Numbered from the stretch's first letter, positions 19,501 through 30,232 are shown. The stretch: 64,000 nt of DNA from Terriglobia bacterium (GCA_965218585.1 CBDCLE010000009.1:96001-160000); one strand, 5' to 3'. The notes: a model not told the origin generated them from the letters alone. A program made the numbers and translations.

Positions 19501-20535
19501 AACGGGAATCCCCACCTCATCGCACACCTCGACAAGTTGATTCAGGAACGTGGCCGTCTTGCGTTCAGCGAGTACATGTCCCTGGTTCTCTATCATTCCG
19601 AGCACGGTTATTACTCGAGGAGCCAGAGCCCAATCGGACCGGAAGGCGATTTCTACACGGCCGCGAGCGTGGACCCGGCCATGGGAGGGCTGCTGGCCAA
19701 ACTCTTCAGCCGGATGTCGGCCGATGTCGAAGTCTTCGAGCTTGTAGAGATCGGAGCCGGTACGGGCCTACTTGCCCGCCATATCCTCGAATCGGAAAGC
19801 TTTCCGTATACGATCGTTGAGAAGAGTTCGGCCATGCGCGAACGGCAACGGGAGACGCTTGCCGGATTCGAAGTCGAGTGGCGCGACCAATTGCCGTCCG
19901 AAATCCGGGGTTGCGTGTTTTCGAACGAATTCTTTGACGCGCTGCCCGTTCGCCGGTTTGTCCGGCGTCAGGGAGCGGTTCGAGAAATTTTCGTGTCCGA
20001 CGGTTTTGTAGAAGTCGAAGGCGACCCCGAAGTTCCGATCGACCTGCCGCTTCTTCGGGAGGGGTGCCGGGCCGATATCAGCCTCGAGGTGGGGGAGTGG
20101 GTCAGCAGGATCGGCGCTTCCATCCGTTCGGGCTATCACATGGCAATCGACTATGGATATTTGGAAGGCGGTTTCTTTGCGCGGCAGGAAGGAACGTTGA
20201 TGTGTTATCGACAGCACCGCGCGGAGGAAAATCCTTATCTGGCCATTGGAGAGCAGGACATCACCGCACACGTCAATTTCTCCGATTTAATAGAAGGCGG
20301 GACCCGAGTGGGACTGGAAGAGGTCGGGTACCGAACCCAGATGGAATTTCTGATCGACCTGGGTCTGCTCGAGCTTATGGAGCCGCTTGCCACTCGGGGG
20401 GATGCCGCCTCCGTAAAGCGTTTGCAGGCGCTCAAGAATCTTCTCCTGCCCCCGATGATGGGGGAGCGATTCAAGGTCTTGCTCCAGCGAAAAGGGGTTG
20501 CCCCTTCCCGCCTTCCCGGCTTTGGCAAAAAGTAG
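19498..20535 (+). CDS. SAM-dependent methyltransferase, NDUFAF7/MidA family
   Basis: F..YM...LYH...GYY, G..GDFYTA, VEIGAGTG, FSNEFFDALP, IDYG, GEQDITAHVNF, MGERFKVL. Confidence 0.9.
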   Translation: MNGNPHLIAHLDKLIQERGRLAFSEYMSLVLYHSEHGYYSRSQSPIGPEGDFYTAASVDPAMGGLLAKLFSRMSADVEVFELVEIGAGTGLLARHILESESFPYTIVEKSSAMRERQRETLAGFEVEWRDQLPSEIRGCVFSNEFFDALPVRRFVRRQGAVREIFVSDGFVEVEGDPEVPIDLPLLREGCRADISLEVGEWVSRIGASIRSGYHMAIDYGYLEGGFFARQEGTLMCYRQHRAEENPYLAIGEQDITAHVNFSDLIEGGTRVGLEEVGYRTQMEFLIDLGLLELMEPLATRGDAASVKRLQALKNLLLPPMMGERFKVLLQRKGVAPSRLPGFGKK

Positions 20536-20619
20536 GGACAGACACCCTTTTTTGCGTCTTTATTCGTCTCGCAGAAGAGATCCGCTTCGCAATAAAGGGT
20601 GTCTGTCCCTACTTTTTGC
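20525..20619. repeat. 32-bp inverted repeat element (MITE/REPIN-like)
   Basis: 20525-20556 matches the reverse complement of 20588-20619 at 31/32. Core GTAGGGACAGACACCC. Confidence 0.85.
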
Positions 20620-20762
20620 GTAGGAAATACCGTCTGTTTTTCCTCCTGAATCTGCGCTAATATGACAGGTTCGCGTGCAAGAAAGAAAGCGAATCTAGTT
20701 GCCGATTCCTGGAGCCTAAATCAAAGGCAGAACACCGGTTCCTTCCCGAAGAAAGCGACAAC

Positions 20763-21479
20763 GTGACAGAAGACAACGAAGAACAACCGACACCCGGTAC
20801 CGGTGCGGACGGCGCCGGAGGAGAGAAGACTCCGGAGCCAGCGGCCCCTTCGGCTAGCGAGGCTGCCAAACCCGACGCTCCTACCGTGCCCAAACCGCCT
20901 CCAAAGAAAGCGGCGCCGGCCAAACCCAAGGGACCACAGAAAGAGCCATGGTCCGATCCTCTGGTGGATGCGGTCAAAGAAAAATTCCCTGATCAGGTTC
21001 TCGAGGCCTACACGTTCCTCTCTCAGAGGCAACTCGTGATCAAGAAAGACCGGCTCACCGACATCATGACTCATCTCCGCCGTAACGAGATCGAGCCTTT
21101 CGATTTCCTCAGTGATGAGACAGCCACCCACTGGCCCGAAGAAGAAGAATTCGAACTTGTTTATATGTTGTTTTCTTTTGAAACACGAGGCCGTCTTCGC
21201 GTGAAGGTGCGCATCAAGGAGTGGGAGCCGATCGAGAGCCTGGTCAGTGTCTGGCCTGGAGCCGATTGGTTGGAGCGCGAGGCTTATGACATGTTCGGAG
21301 TTCAGTTTGCAAACCATCCGAACCTCGAACGCATTCTCTTACCCGAGGACTGGGTGGGTTTTCCGCTGCGGAAGGACTACGACATCCGTTTACAGGACGT
21401 GGAGTGGGTGAGAAAGCACCTGGGTATCGATTCCGGGCAGAAGTTCTATGTGGGTAAGGCGAAGCATGAGGACGACTGA
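20763..21479 (+). CDS. nuoC: NADH-quinone oxidoreductase subunit C with P/A/K-rich N-terminal extension
   Basis: [31 protein letters not shown]. Confidence 0.95.
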   Translation: MTEDNEEQPTPGTGADGAGGEKTPEPAAPSASEAAKPDAPTVPKPPPKKAAPAKPKGPQKEPWSDPLVDAVKEKFPDQVLEAYTFLSQRQLVIKKDRLTDIMTHLRRNEIEPFDFLSDETATHWPEEEEFELVYMLFSFETRGRLRVKVRIKEWEPIESLVSVWPGADWLEREAYDMFGVQFANHPNLERILLPEDWVGFPLRKDYDIRLQDVEWVRKHLGIDSGQKFYVGKAKHEDD

Positions 21480-21490
21480 TTGAGCAGGGT

Positions 21491-22615
21491 ATGACGACAC
21501 CAACTCACGAACACACCTTATTCGATTCGAACGAAATCACCCTCAGCATGGGGCCGCAGCATCCGTCTACTCACGGGGTACTGCAGGTCAAGCTCAAGCT
21601 TGACGGGGAGAAGGTGATCGACGCGCAATGCGTCATCGGTTTCCTGCATCGGGGTGTGGAAAAACTTGGAGAACACCAAACCTATGGCCAGTTCGTTCCG
21701 ACACTGGATCGGATGGACTATATCGCAGCCATATCCAACTGTCTTGGCTACTGTGAAACGATCGAGAAAATGCTCGAGGTCGAGGCGCCACCCCGTGCGC
21801 AGTACGTCCGGGTCATCCTCACCGAACTGAATCGCATTACGAGCCATCTGCTCTGGTTGGGCACCCACGCGCTGGACATCGGTGCAATGACGGTTTTCCT
21901 GTACTGCTTCCGCGAGCGCGAAGAGCTTCTCAAGATCTTTGAAAACTATTGTGGTGCCCGTCTGACGACCCATGTGTTTCGGGTGGGCGGTCTCCAGTAT
22001 GAGATCTATGACGGGTTTGAAGACCAGGTTCGCACGTTCATCAAGGATTTCCCGAAGAAGATCGACGAGTACGAACAGTTACTTACACAGAACAGAATCT
22101 GGATTGGCCGGACGCGCGGTGTCGGGGTCCTGACGAAAGAGGAAGCGATAGACCTGGGTGTCACGGGCCCCTGTCTGCGTGCTTCCGGACTCGAGTGGGA
22201 TATCCGTAAATCCAATCCTTACGCGGCCTATGCCGAATTTGATTTCGATATTCCGGTCGGGGAATACGGCGATACGTACGATCGTTACCTCTGCCGGATC
22301 GAGGAGCTGCGTCAGTCAAACCGGATCGTTGCCCAAGCCATCGAAAAGATTCCGGATGGACCGATTAAGGCCAAGGTCGGCAAGATCATCAAGCCGCCAG
22401 CCGGAGACGTCTATCATTCGATCGAGGCTCCGAAAGGGGAACTGGGTTACTACGTGGTGAGCGACCAGACGACGCAGCCCTATCGCGTGCGGGTCCGTCC
22501 GCCTTCATTCGTCAACCTTCAGGCTCTGCGTCAGATGGTCAAGGGGCACATGGTTGCCGATGTTGTGGCGGTTATCGGAACCCTCGATATCGTCCTGGGG
22601 GAGATCGATCGTTAA
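21491..22615 (+). CDS. nuoD: NADH-quinone oxidoreductase subunit D
   Basis: [43 protein letters not shown]. Confidence 0.97.
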   Translation: MTTPTHEHTLFDSNEITLSMGPQHPSTHGVLQVKLKLDGEKVIDAQCVIGFLHRGVEKLGEHQTYGQFVPTLDRMDYIAAISNCLGYCETIEKMLEVEAPPRAQYVRVILTELNRITSHLLWLGTHALDIGAMTVFLYCFREREELLKIFENYCGARLTTHVFRVGGLQYEIYDGFEDQVRTFIKDFPKKIDEYEQLLTQNRIWIGRTRGVGVLTKEEAIDLGVTGPCLRASGLEWDIRKSNPYAAYAEFDFDIPVGEYGDTYDRYLCRIEELRQSNRIVAQAIEKIPDGPIKAKVGKIIKPPAGDVYHSIEAPKGELGYYVVSDQTTQPYRVRVRPPSFVNLQALRQMVKGHMVADVVAVIGTLDIVLGEIDR

Positions 22616-22618
22616 GCA

Positions 22619-23653
22619 ATGGACTTTATAGTCGATTTTGTGATCATACCGGCCATCAAGATTGGGGTGGTCTTTGGTGTGGTGTCGCTTGTTGTCGCAT
22701 ACCTGACCCTGCTCGAGCGGAAAGTGATTGCGTTCATGCAGGTCCGGCTGGGACCGATGCGAGTGGGTCCTTACGGCCTCCTCCAGCCGATCGCCGACGG
22801 TCTGAAGCTGATGCTGAAGGAAGACATTGTCCCTTCGGGTGCCGATCGCCTGATTTTTACCATGGCGCCGATCATCACGCTTATTCCAGCGTTCATCGTT
22901 TTTGCCGTTATTCCTTTCGGGCCCACAATTTCGATTCTGGGACGGGATGTTTCGTTATACATAACCGATCTCAACATCGGTGTTCTTTATGTCCTCTCGG
23001 TATCTTCGATCGGAATCCTCGGTGTGATCCTCGGTGGGTGGGCTTCCAACAGCAAGTATCCGCTGTTGGGCGCGCTGAGATCGGCTGCTCAGATGGTGAG
23101 CTATGAGGTCGCGCTGGGGTTCTCGATTATCGGTGTTCTCTTGCTGGCCGGTTCTCTGAGTCTCGTAGACATCGTGGAGGCACAGAGAGATTCAGGTTTC
23201 TGGTACGTCTTTCTTCAGCCGGTCGGTTTCGCCCTGTTTTTCGTATGCGGTGTCGCCGAAACAAACCGGGCGCCCTTCGATCTTCCGGAAGCGGAAACGG
23301 AACTGGTCGCGGGCTTTCATACCGAATACAGCGGGTTTCGTTTTTTGTTATTCTTTCTGGCCGAGTACGCCAGCATGATCGTGATCACATCGATGGCGGT
23401 CACGCTGTTCTGGGGCGGATGGCTGCGTCCATTTCCGAACGTTGCGGCATTAAGCTTTCTGGATCTGATCCCCGGGGTTGCCTGGTTCGGACTGAAAGTC
23501 CTCATCTTTTTGTATTTCTACCTGTGGTTCCGGGCCTCATGGCCCCGGTACCGCTACGATCAGCTCATGAACGTGGGCTGGCTTTATCTCTTGCCGATAG
23601 CGATCGCCAACGTCGTCGTTACAGCTGTTCTGGCGCTGGTGTTGAGGGGATAG
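22619..23653 (+). CDS. nuoH: NADH-quinone oxidoreductase subunit H
   Basis: ERKV.A.MQ.RLGP.RVG, GLLQPIADGLK, ETNRAPFDLPEAE, PRYRYDQLM. Confidence 0.97.
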   Translation: MDFIVDFVIIPAIKIGVVFGVVSLVVAYLTLLERKVIAFMQVRLGPMRVGPYGLLQPIADGLKLMLKEDIVPSGADRLIFTMAPIITLIPAFIVFAVIPFGPTISILGRDVSLYITDLNIGVLYVLSVSSIGILGVILGGWASNSKYPLLGALRSAAQMVSYEVALGFSIIGVLLLAGSLSLVDIVEAQRDSGFWYVFLQPVGFALFFVCGVAETNRAPFDLPEAETELVAGFHTEYSGFRFLLFFLAEYASMIVITSMAVTLFWGGWLRPFPNVAALSFLDLIPGVAWFGLKVLIFLYFYLWFRASWPRYRYDQLMNVGWLYLLPIAIANVVVTAVLALVLRG

Positions 23654-23657
23654 GTAC

Positions 23658-24131
23658 ATGAAGGTAGCTCGTTCAGAAAAACTGTCACTGCTGAAGAAGA
23701 TATTCATGGTCGATCTGATCAAGGGATTGATGCTGACGTTTTCCTACCAGCGTCCTTCGGCCAATTACACCGAGCAGTATCCCAAGGTGCGGCCCAAGGT
23801 TGCCGAGCGTTTTCGCGGGGCACCGCGGCTGAACAACGATCCGGGGACGGGGGAGACCCTTTGCATTGCCTGTAACCTCTGCGCCCTGGCGTGTCCGGAG
23901 TATTGCATTGAGGTCGGTTGGGAGCGGACCGAGGCGGGGAAGAAGGCGCTGACAACTTTTATCTTTGATATTTCCAGGTGCATGTTCTGTGGCCTCTGTG
24001 AGGATGCGTGTCCGACTCCTTGCCTGGAACTTACGCAGGATTTCGAGTTGGCACTCTATGGCCGTAAGGACATGAAGTGGGATCGTCAAAAACTGGAAGA
24101 GGGCAATCAGCCCGTTCTGTATTCGAAGTGA
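23658..24131 (+). CDS. nuoI: NADH-quinone oxidoreductase subunit I
   Basis: Two 4Fe-4S motifs: CIACNLCALACP and CMFCGLCEDACP. Confidence 0.95.
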   Translation: MKVARSEKLSLLKKIFMVDLIKGLMLTFSYQRPSANYTEQYPKVRPKVAERFRGAPRLNNDPGTGETLCIACNLCALACPEYCIEVGWERTEAGKKALTTFIFDISRCMFCGLCEDACPTPCLELTQDFELALYGRKDMKWDRQKLEEGNQPVLYSK

Positions 24132-24153
24132 TTGAATCTCGCGGTTCTGTTGA

Positions 24154-24690
24154 ATGCTTGAACTGATCGTTTTCTATACGTTTGCGGCTGTTGCAGTGGT
24201 TTCGGCCATTCTGGTGATCACGCGCCAGAATGCTGTTCACAGCGCAATGTTCCTGGCTGCCACGCTCTTGTCAGTCGCCGGTGTGTTTCTGAGTCTGAAT
24301 GCCGAGTTTCTTGCGGGCGTTCAGGTCATCGTCTACGTGGGTGGAATACTCGTCCTCTTCGTGTTTGTCATCATGTTGGTGCCGACCGATCGCGCTGTTT
24401 TCGAGCGCCGGTACAACAGGCAGGGGAAAGTCGCACTGGCTGTCGCGGCCGTCCTGATCGCAGAGTTGGCGTATGGCTTCTACAGCGGGGCCGATCTCGA
24501 GTTTGCCGACCCCGTCGGAGAGGCTGTCGTGGAAGGCAACAGCCAGTGGGTGGGCACGGTTCTGTATCAGAATTACTTATTACCTTTTGAGATTGCTTCG
24601 ATACTGCTCCTCGTGGCTATTATCGGCGCGGTTGTTCTCTCAAAGAAGCCGCCTGCGGAGGAGAAGGCCGAGCAGGCCGCAGGCGATTAG
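24154..24690 (+). CDS. nuoJ: NADH-quinone oxidoreductase subunit J
   Basis: AEFLA.VQVIVYVGGI.VLF.FVIML, Y.LPFE.AS.LLLVA..GA. Confidence 0.95.
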   Translation: MLELIVFYTFAAVAVVSAILVITRQNAVHSAMFLAATLLSVAGVFLSLNAEFLAGVQVIVYVGGILVLFVFVIMLVPTDRAVFERRYNRQGKVALAVAAVLIAELAYGFYSGADLEFADPVGEAVVEGNSQWVGTVLYQNYLLPFEIASILLLVAIIGAVVLSKKPPAEEKAEQAAGD

Positions 24691-24702
24691 CGAACGGAAA
24701 TC

Positions 24703-25005
24703 ATGGTACCTGTACATCACTACCTTCTTCTGGGCGTCGCGCTGTTTACGATTGGCGTGATCGGCGTTCTCACCAGACGAAACGTTCTGATCATTTTGAT
24801 GTCCATCGAATTGATGATGAACGCTGTCAACATCAATCTCATCGCGTTTTCCGCACAGTTGCAGCACGTCACGGGGCAGGTGTTTGCCGTCTTCGTCATA
24901 GTTGTGGCCGCCGCAGAGGCTGCCGTGGGTCTGGGGATCGTGATCGCGATGTTTGCGAACAAGGAAACCGTCAACGTCAGCGAAATTGATTTGATGAAGT
25001 GGTAG
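24703..25005 (+). CDS. nuoK: NADH-quinone oxidoreductase subunit K
   Basis: [25 protein letters not shown]. Confidence 0.96.
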   Translation: MVPVHHYLLLGVALFTIGVIGVLTRRNVLIILMSIELMMNAVNINLIAFSAQLQHVTGQVFAVFVIVVAAAEAAVGLGIVIAMFANKETVNVSEIDLMKW

Positions 25006-25008
25006 GTC

Positions 25009-25032
25009 GTGCGGTCATAGACCGCACCTACA
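25009..25032 (-). repeat. Single GTAG-type REP between nuoK and nuoL
   Basis: Reverse complement reads TGTAG-GTGCGGTC-TAT-GACCGCAC. Confidence 0.8.
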
Positions 25033-25039
25033 GCGATTT

Positions 25040-27097
25040 ATGAATTTTCTGGACCAAATCTGGCTTATCCCGTTATTTCCGGCCCTCGGGTTTGTAATAA
25101 ACGGGCTGTTCGGAAAGCGGATGCCCAAGGCGGCGGTCAATACCATAGGCTGCGGCTCGGTCCTGCTGTCATTCGTCTACTCGTTGGGTGCCGTTCTTCA
25201 GTTGATCGGCCTCGAAGAAGAAGCCCGTTCGCATTCGGTCACCGTGTTCGAATGGATCAATGCGGGTGCCGCACATACCTCAACGGGAGCACTGACACAG
25301 TTCGAAATCGCCTGGGGTTTCCTGCTGGATCCTCTTTCAGCGGTCATGGTGCTGGTCGTTACCGGAATTGGATTTCTCATCCACGTTTATTCCACCGGGT
25401 ACATGGCCCACGAAGACGGGTACTATCGATTCTTTGCCTACCTGAACCTGTTCATGTTCTCCATGCTGACGCTCGTTCTAGGCAGCAACTACCTGATGCT
25501 GTTCGTCGGATGGGAAGGTGTGGGCCTCTGTTCTTATCTGCTGATCGGTTTTTTTATCACCAAGAAAAGTGCAGGTGATGCCGCCAAGAAGGCCTTTGTC
25601 GTAAACCGCGTAGGGGACTGGGGATTTTCGATCGGCATCATGCTGATCTTCTTCACCTTCGGCACGCTCGAGTTTACCGGCGTCAACGAGGCGATTCATG
25701 CCGGTGTTGAAGAGGGTCTGTATCACGCCGGTGACCTGATCTTTGTCGGGATTGCAATCGCGCTGTTTATCGGTGCGACTGGAAAGTCCGCGCAGATACC
25801 TCTTTACGTCTGGTTGCCTGACGCGATGGAAGGTCCGACACCAGTCAGTGCCCTGATCCACGCAGCCACCATGGTAACGGCCGGTGTGTACATGGTGGCC
25901 CGCAGCAACTTCATTTACCAGTTGGCGCCCTCAGCGATGCTGCTCGTGGCCGTCGTAGGGGCATTGACGGCGTTGATGGCGGCGTCAATCGGTCTGGTCC
26001 AGAACGACATCAAACGGGTCCTGGCTTATTCGACGGTGAGTCAACTGGGATACATGGTTCTGGCTCTTGGAGTCGGTGCTTTTGGAGCGAGTATCTTCCA
26101 CCTCATGACGCACGCGTTCTTCAAAGCTCTCCTCTTCCTGGGTTCGGGCAGTGTCATCCTTTCGGTGCATCACGAGCAAGACATGCGGAAGATGGGTTCG
26201 CTCAGGAAGAAGATACCGATTACGTTTGCGACGATGGCGATAGGTACGCTGGCGATCGCGGGAACACCCCTGTTGAGCGGTTTCTTTTCTAAAGACGAAA
26301 TCCTCTGGCGGACCTTCTCGAATCCGCAAGGGAATATCGTTCTGTACGGTATTGGTATGGTTGTCGCGGGGATGACAGCATTCTACATGTTTCGCATGCT
26401 GTTCATGACGTTCTTTGGAGAGTCGCGTGTAGATCCTCACGTGGAGGTGCACGAATCGTCGAAATCGATGACGATCCCATTGATCGTCCTGGCTATCGGA
26501 GCCGTGCTTGCGGGCTATATCGGTCTGCCTGCGTGGCTCGCTGAAACCAATACCTTTGAGCACTTCCTGGATCCGGTCTTTGAACCACTCCCGTTCGAAG
26601 CAGCCGAGGGTGGGGAAGAGGTTGCCGAATACTCACACGCGTTCGAAGCAGGCATGGCTGCGTTTTCTGTCCTCGTTGCATTTATCGGATTTTTCATCGC
26701 TTACTCGATGTACTACAAGAAGAGTGGTCGCGCTCAGGAGCTCGCTGCACAGTACAAGGGCGCCTACCAGGCTCTGCTGAACAAGTACTACGTCGACGAA
26801 CTCTATGACTTTCTTTTCGTCAACCGCTCGAAAGGCTTTGGCAATGGTCTGTGGCGGTTCGATGCCAGATACGTCGATGGAGCGGTCAATCGTTCTGCCT
26901 GGGCGACGGTGAAGAGCGCCGACGGTTCGGGCTGGTGGGACCGTTGGGTCGTGGACGGTGCCGTCCGTTTTGTCGGCGGTTTTGTGAAAACGTTCAGTTG
27001 GCCGATGCGGCTGATTCAGACCGGCTATGTCCAGAACTACGCGCTAATGATGATCCTTGGCGTGCTGGTCTTTGTCGGGTACGTTCTTTGGGGTTAA
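25040..27097 (+). CDS. nuoL: NADH-quinone oxidoreductase subunit L
   Basis: GWEGVGLCSYLLIGF, GKSAQIPL..WLPDAMEGPTPVSALIHAATMV, THAFFKALLFL. Confidence 0.97.
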   Translation: MNFLDQIWLIPLFPALGFVINGLFGKRMPKAAVNTIGCGSVLLSFVYSLGAVLQLIGLEEEARSHSVTVFEWINAGAAHTSTGALTQFEIAWGFLLDPLSAVMVLVVTGIGFLIHVYSTGYMAHEDGYYRFFAYLNLFMFSMLTLVLGSNYLMLFVGWEGVGLCSYLLIGFFITKKSAGDAAKKAFVVNRVGDWGFSIGIMLIFFTFGTLEFTGVNEAIHAGVEEGLYHAGDLIFVGIAIALFIGATGKSAQIPLYVWLPDAMEGPTPVSALIHAATMVTAGVYMVARSNFIYQLAPSAMLLVAVVGALTALMAASIGLVQNDIKRVLAYSTVSQLGYMVLALGVGAFGASIFHLMTHAFFKALLFLGSGSVILSVHHEQDMRKMGSLRKKIPITFATMAIGTLAIAGTPLLSGFFSKDEILWRTFSNPQGNIVLYGIGMVVAGMTAFYMFRMLFMTFFGESRVDPHVEVHESSKSMTIPLIVLAIGAVLAGYIGLPAWLAETNTFEHFLDPVFEPLPFEAAEGGEEVAEYSHAFEAGMAAFSVLVAFIGFFIAYSMYYKKSGRAQELAAQYKGAYQALLNKYYVDELYDFLFVNRSKGFGNGLWRFDARYVDGAVNRSAWATVKSADGSGWWDRWVVDGAVRFVGGFVKTFSWPMRLIQTGYVQNYALMMILGVLVFVGYVLWG

Positions 27098-27112
27098 CGG
27101 GAGTTTCGATAC

Positions 27113-28756
27113 ATGGGCTTTTTTAGAACACACATCCTGACCATCGTGGCCTTCCTGCCTCTGGCTGGGGCGATCGCCCTCATGTTCTTCAACAAGGAGA
27201 ACAAGGGAGCGATCCGTCTGTGGGCCAACCTCGTCGCCCTGGCAGGCTTTCTGGTGTCGGTCCCTCTGTTCTTCTGGTTCGACTATGACAACAGCGGAGA
27301 AATGCAGTTCGTCGAAAGTGTTCCATGGATCGACGCTTTAGGTGTGCGGTACTCGGTGGGCATAGACGGCATCAGCCTGCTACTTATACTTCTGACGACG
27401 ATGCTGGGCAGCATTGCGATCCTCTCCTCCTGGGAATCTATCCAGGACCGGGCCAAGGAATACTACATCTTCATGTTGATGTTGCAGACCGGTATGCTCG
27501 GGGTCTTCGTCGCCATGGACTTCTTCATGTTCTACGTGTTTTGGGAAGTCATGCTCGTGCCGATGTATTTCCTTATAGGTGTCTGGGGTGGGCCTCGGAA
27601 ACTGTATGCAGCCATCAAGTTCTTCCTTTATACCTTGGTCGGATCGGTATTGCTCCTGCTGGGAATCCTGGCGCTGTACTTCCAGTATCCTTCCATAGCG
27701 GCGACAGTTCCCGAGATTGCGAACCAGTTCGGACTCGACTACACGTTTGATATTCTTGCGTTCCAGTCAATGGGCCAGTTCCTTTCTTTCGACGTCCAGT
27801 ATTGGATTTTCATCGTGTTCTTTGTGGGATTCGCGATCAAGGTGCCGATGTTCCCGTTCCATACGTGGCTTCCGGATGCGCACGTCCAGGCGCCAACGGC
27901 GGGTTCGGTCATACTGGCCGGAGTTCTGTTGAAAATGGGAACTTACGGTTTTGTCCGCTTCAGCCTGCCGATCCTTCCTGAAGCTACCGTGTATTTCGTA
28001 CCTCACATGATCGCACTGTCAATCATCGCGATCATTTATGGCGCACTCGTCGCGATGATGCAGAAGGATATGAAGAGCCTTGTCGCCTACTCTTCTGTCA
28101 GCCACATGGGATTTGTGATGCTGGGTATGTTCGCGCTGAATCCCAACGGGTTGAACGGCAGCATTCTCCAGCAGATCAACCACGGTATCTCGACAGGCGC
28201 CCTCTTCCTTATCGTGGGCATCATTTACGATCGGCGGCACACACGCGAGATCTCCGAGTTCGGCGGACTGTCGACGATCATGCCCGTCTATGCGACTGTG
28301 TTTCTGATCATGACGATGTCTTCGATCGGACTCCCACTTCTCAATGGTTTCATTGGAGAGTTTACGATTCTGCAGGGGGCACTTCAGGAGAACCTCTGGT
28401 GGGCTGTAGCAGGCGCATCGGGAATCGTTCTGGGAGCTGCGTACATGCTCTGGCTCTATCAACGGACAATGTTCGGGGAACTCGACAATCCCAAGAACGA
28501 GAAGTTGCTTGATATGAATCTGAGGGAGCTCGTTACGCTGGTTCCGCTCATCATAATGGCTTTTTGGATTGGCATATATCCAGCACCGTTCTTCAGGGCA
28601 CTCGATGGTCCTGTCAACAAGCTTGTGGAGACGGTCCGGCCGGGATACTTCGATGCAAACCCGCTCGAAGCCCGTAACGTGGAGATTGTCCTGCCAGTCG
28701 ACGAGGTCCCCGAGTCGGAGACCCCAGAAGAGTCAGCAGACGGAGCAGACGATTAA
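27113..28756 (+). CDS. nuoM: NADH-quinone oxidoreductase subunit M
   Basis: FYVFWEVML.PMYFLIG.WG, AIKVPMFPFHTWLPDAH, LLKMGTYG. Confidence 0.97.
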   Translation: MGFFRTHILTIVAFLPLAGAIALMFFNKENKGAIRLWANLVALAGFLVSVPLFFWFDYDNSGEMQFVESVPWIDALGVRYSVGIDGISLLLILLTTMLGSIAILSSWESIQDRAKEYYIFMLMLQTGMLGVFVAMDFFMFYVFWEVMLVPMYFLIGVWGGPRKLYAAIKFFLYTLVGSVLLLLGILALYFQYPSIAATVPEIANQFGLDYTFDILAFQSMGQFLSFDVQYWIFIVFFVGFAIKVPMFPFHTWLPDAHVQAPTAGSVILAGVLLKMGTYGFVRFSLPILPEATVYFVPHMIALSIIAIIYGALVAMMQKDMKSLVAYSSVSHMGFVMLGMFALNPNGLNGSILQQINHGISTGALFLIVGIIYDRRHTREISEFGGLSTIMPVYATVFLIMTMSSIGLPLLNGFIGEFTILQGALQENLWWAVAGASGIVLGAAYMLWLYQRTMFGELDNPKNEKLLDMNLRELVTLVPLIIMAFWIGIYPAPFFRALDGPVNKLVETVRPGYFDANPLEARNVEIVLPVDEVPESETPEESADGADD

Positions 28757-30196
28757 GTGGGCGAGTTTTTTCAATTACAGGATCTGGCCGCGATCGCACC
28801 CGAGCTCGCACTGACGATTTTCGGGCTCGCGTTGCTGATGTTCGATTTGATCGTCCACGAGAAACACAAGCTGGGATACGTTGGCCTGGCGGGGCTATTT
28901 GTTTCAGCGATTCTCTTGTTCCGGCTTGAGGGCGTCAACATATCCGCCTACGGAGGCCAGCTGGCGGTCGATCCGTTTGCCGCTTATTTCAAGTTTCTGT
29001 TCCTGATCGCAGGAGGTCTTGCGATCGGTATGTCGATGCGCTACCTGGATGTAGAGCGGGAGCAACACGGGGAGTACTACGCCCTCATCCTTTTTGCCAC
29101 GATGGGCATGATGTTCATGGCTGGCGGCACGGACTTGGTGACGTTGTACATCGGCCTGGAGACTATGGCCATCGCGACCTACATTCTCGTCGGTTTCCTG
29201 CGCGGCAGCCAGCGATCGAATGAAGCTGCGTTGAAGTATTTCCTTCTGGGCGCCTTCTCTTCGGGTGTTCTGCTCTACGGCATGTCGTTGCTCTACGGCA
29301 TCTCGGGCTCGACAAACCTGGTGGAGATTGCGGACGCCCTGACACGCAGGCCTGCGAGCGACCCCATCTCTTTGGTCGCGATGATTACTGTAGCTGCAGG
29401 GCTTTTCTTCAAGATTGCCGCCGTTCCGTTCCATCAGTGGACACCCGACGCCTATGAAGGGGCGCCGACTTCCGTTACGGCGTACATGTCGGTGGCGGTA
29501 AAGGCGGCCTCGTTTGCGATGATGGTTCGCATCTTCATGGTTGCGATCTATCCACTCCGCGATCAGTGGGTGCCGGTTCTTACGGCTGTGGCTGTCATGA
29601 CCATCACCGTCGGTAACGTTGCGGCACTGACCCAGACCAACGTCAAACGTTTGCTGGCGTATTCCTCCATTTCCCATGCGGGATTTGTTCTTCTCGGCCT
29701 GATCGCGGGCAACGACACCGGTATGACGGCTATCGTGATGTACCTGTTCGTCTACACGTTCATGAACCTTGGAGCATGGTCTATTATCGTCGGGCTGCGC
29801 CGTCAGGATGTGATCGGCGAGCATGTCGAAGACCTCAACGGACTCTTCTTCAAGCACTCCACAGCAGCGGTCCTGATGTTGGTGTTTATGTTATCGCTTG
29901 CCGGGATACCGCCTACGGCTGGCTTTATCGCCAAGTATTACCTGTTCGCTTCAGTGATCGAGACCGGACACACGACTCTGGCCGTCATTGCAGCACTGAA
30001 CGTTGCCATCGGGCTGTACTACTACATGCGGATCGTCGTAGCGATGTTCATGTCCGAAGCGACGGAGAAGACCGGTTTGACGCTGTCGCCGGGCCTGGTT
30101 TCGGTTCTGGCTGTCACTCTGATTCTCACCCTGTTCATCGGCCTCTATCCAGATCCCTTCATCACGATGGCACGGACGGCCACGCAAGGCTTCTGA
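28757..30196 (+). CDS. nuoN: NADH-quinone oxidoreductase subunit N
   Basis: EAALKYFLLG, FK.AAVPFH.WTPD.YEGAP, KRLLAYSSI.H, SLAGIPP.AGF. Confidence 0.97.
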   Translation: MGEFFQLQDLAAIAPELALTIFGLALLMFDLIVHEKHKLGYVGLAGLFVSAILLFRLEGVNISAYGGQLAVDPFAAYFKFLFLIAGGLAIGMSMRYLDVEREQHGEYYALILFATMGMMFMAGGTDLVTLYIGLETMAIATYILVGFLRGSQRSNEAALKYFLLGAFSSGVLLYGMSLLYGISGSTNLVEIADALTRRPASDPISLVAMITVAAGLFFKIAAVPFHQWTPDAYEGAPTSVTAYMSVAVKAASFAMMVRIFMVAIYPLRDQWVPVLTAVAVMTITVGNVAALTQTNVKRLLAYSSISHAGFVLLGLIAGNDTGMTAIVMYLFVYTFMNLGAWSIIVGLRRQDVIGEHVEDLNGLFFKHSTAAVLMLVFMLSLAGIPPTAGFIAKYYLFASVIETGHTTLAVIAALNVAIGLYYYMRIVVAMFMSEATEKTGLTLSPGLVSVLAVTLILTLFIGLYPDPFITMARTATQGF

Positions 30197-30232
30197 AGCG
30201 CTGGTTAGCGGATTCGATTCCCTGAGTCGCGA

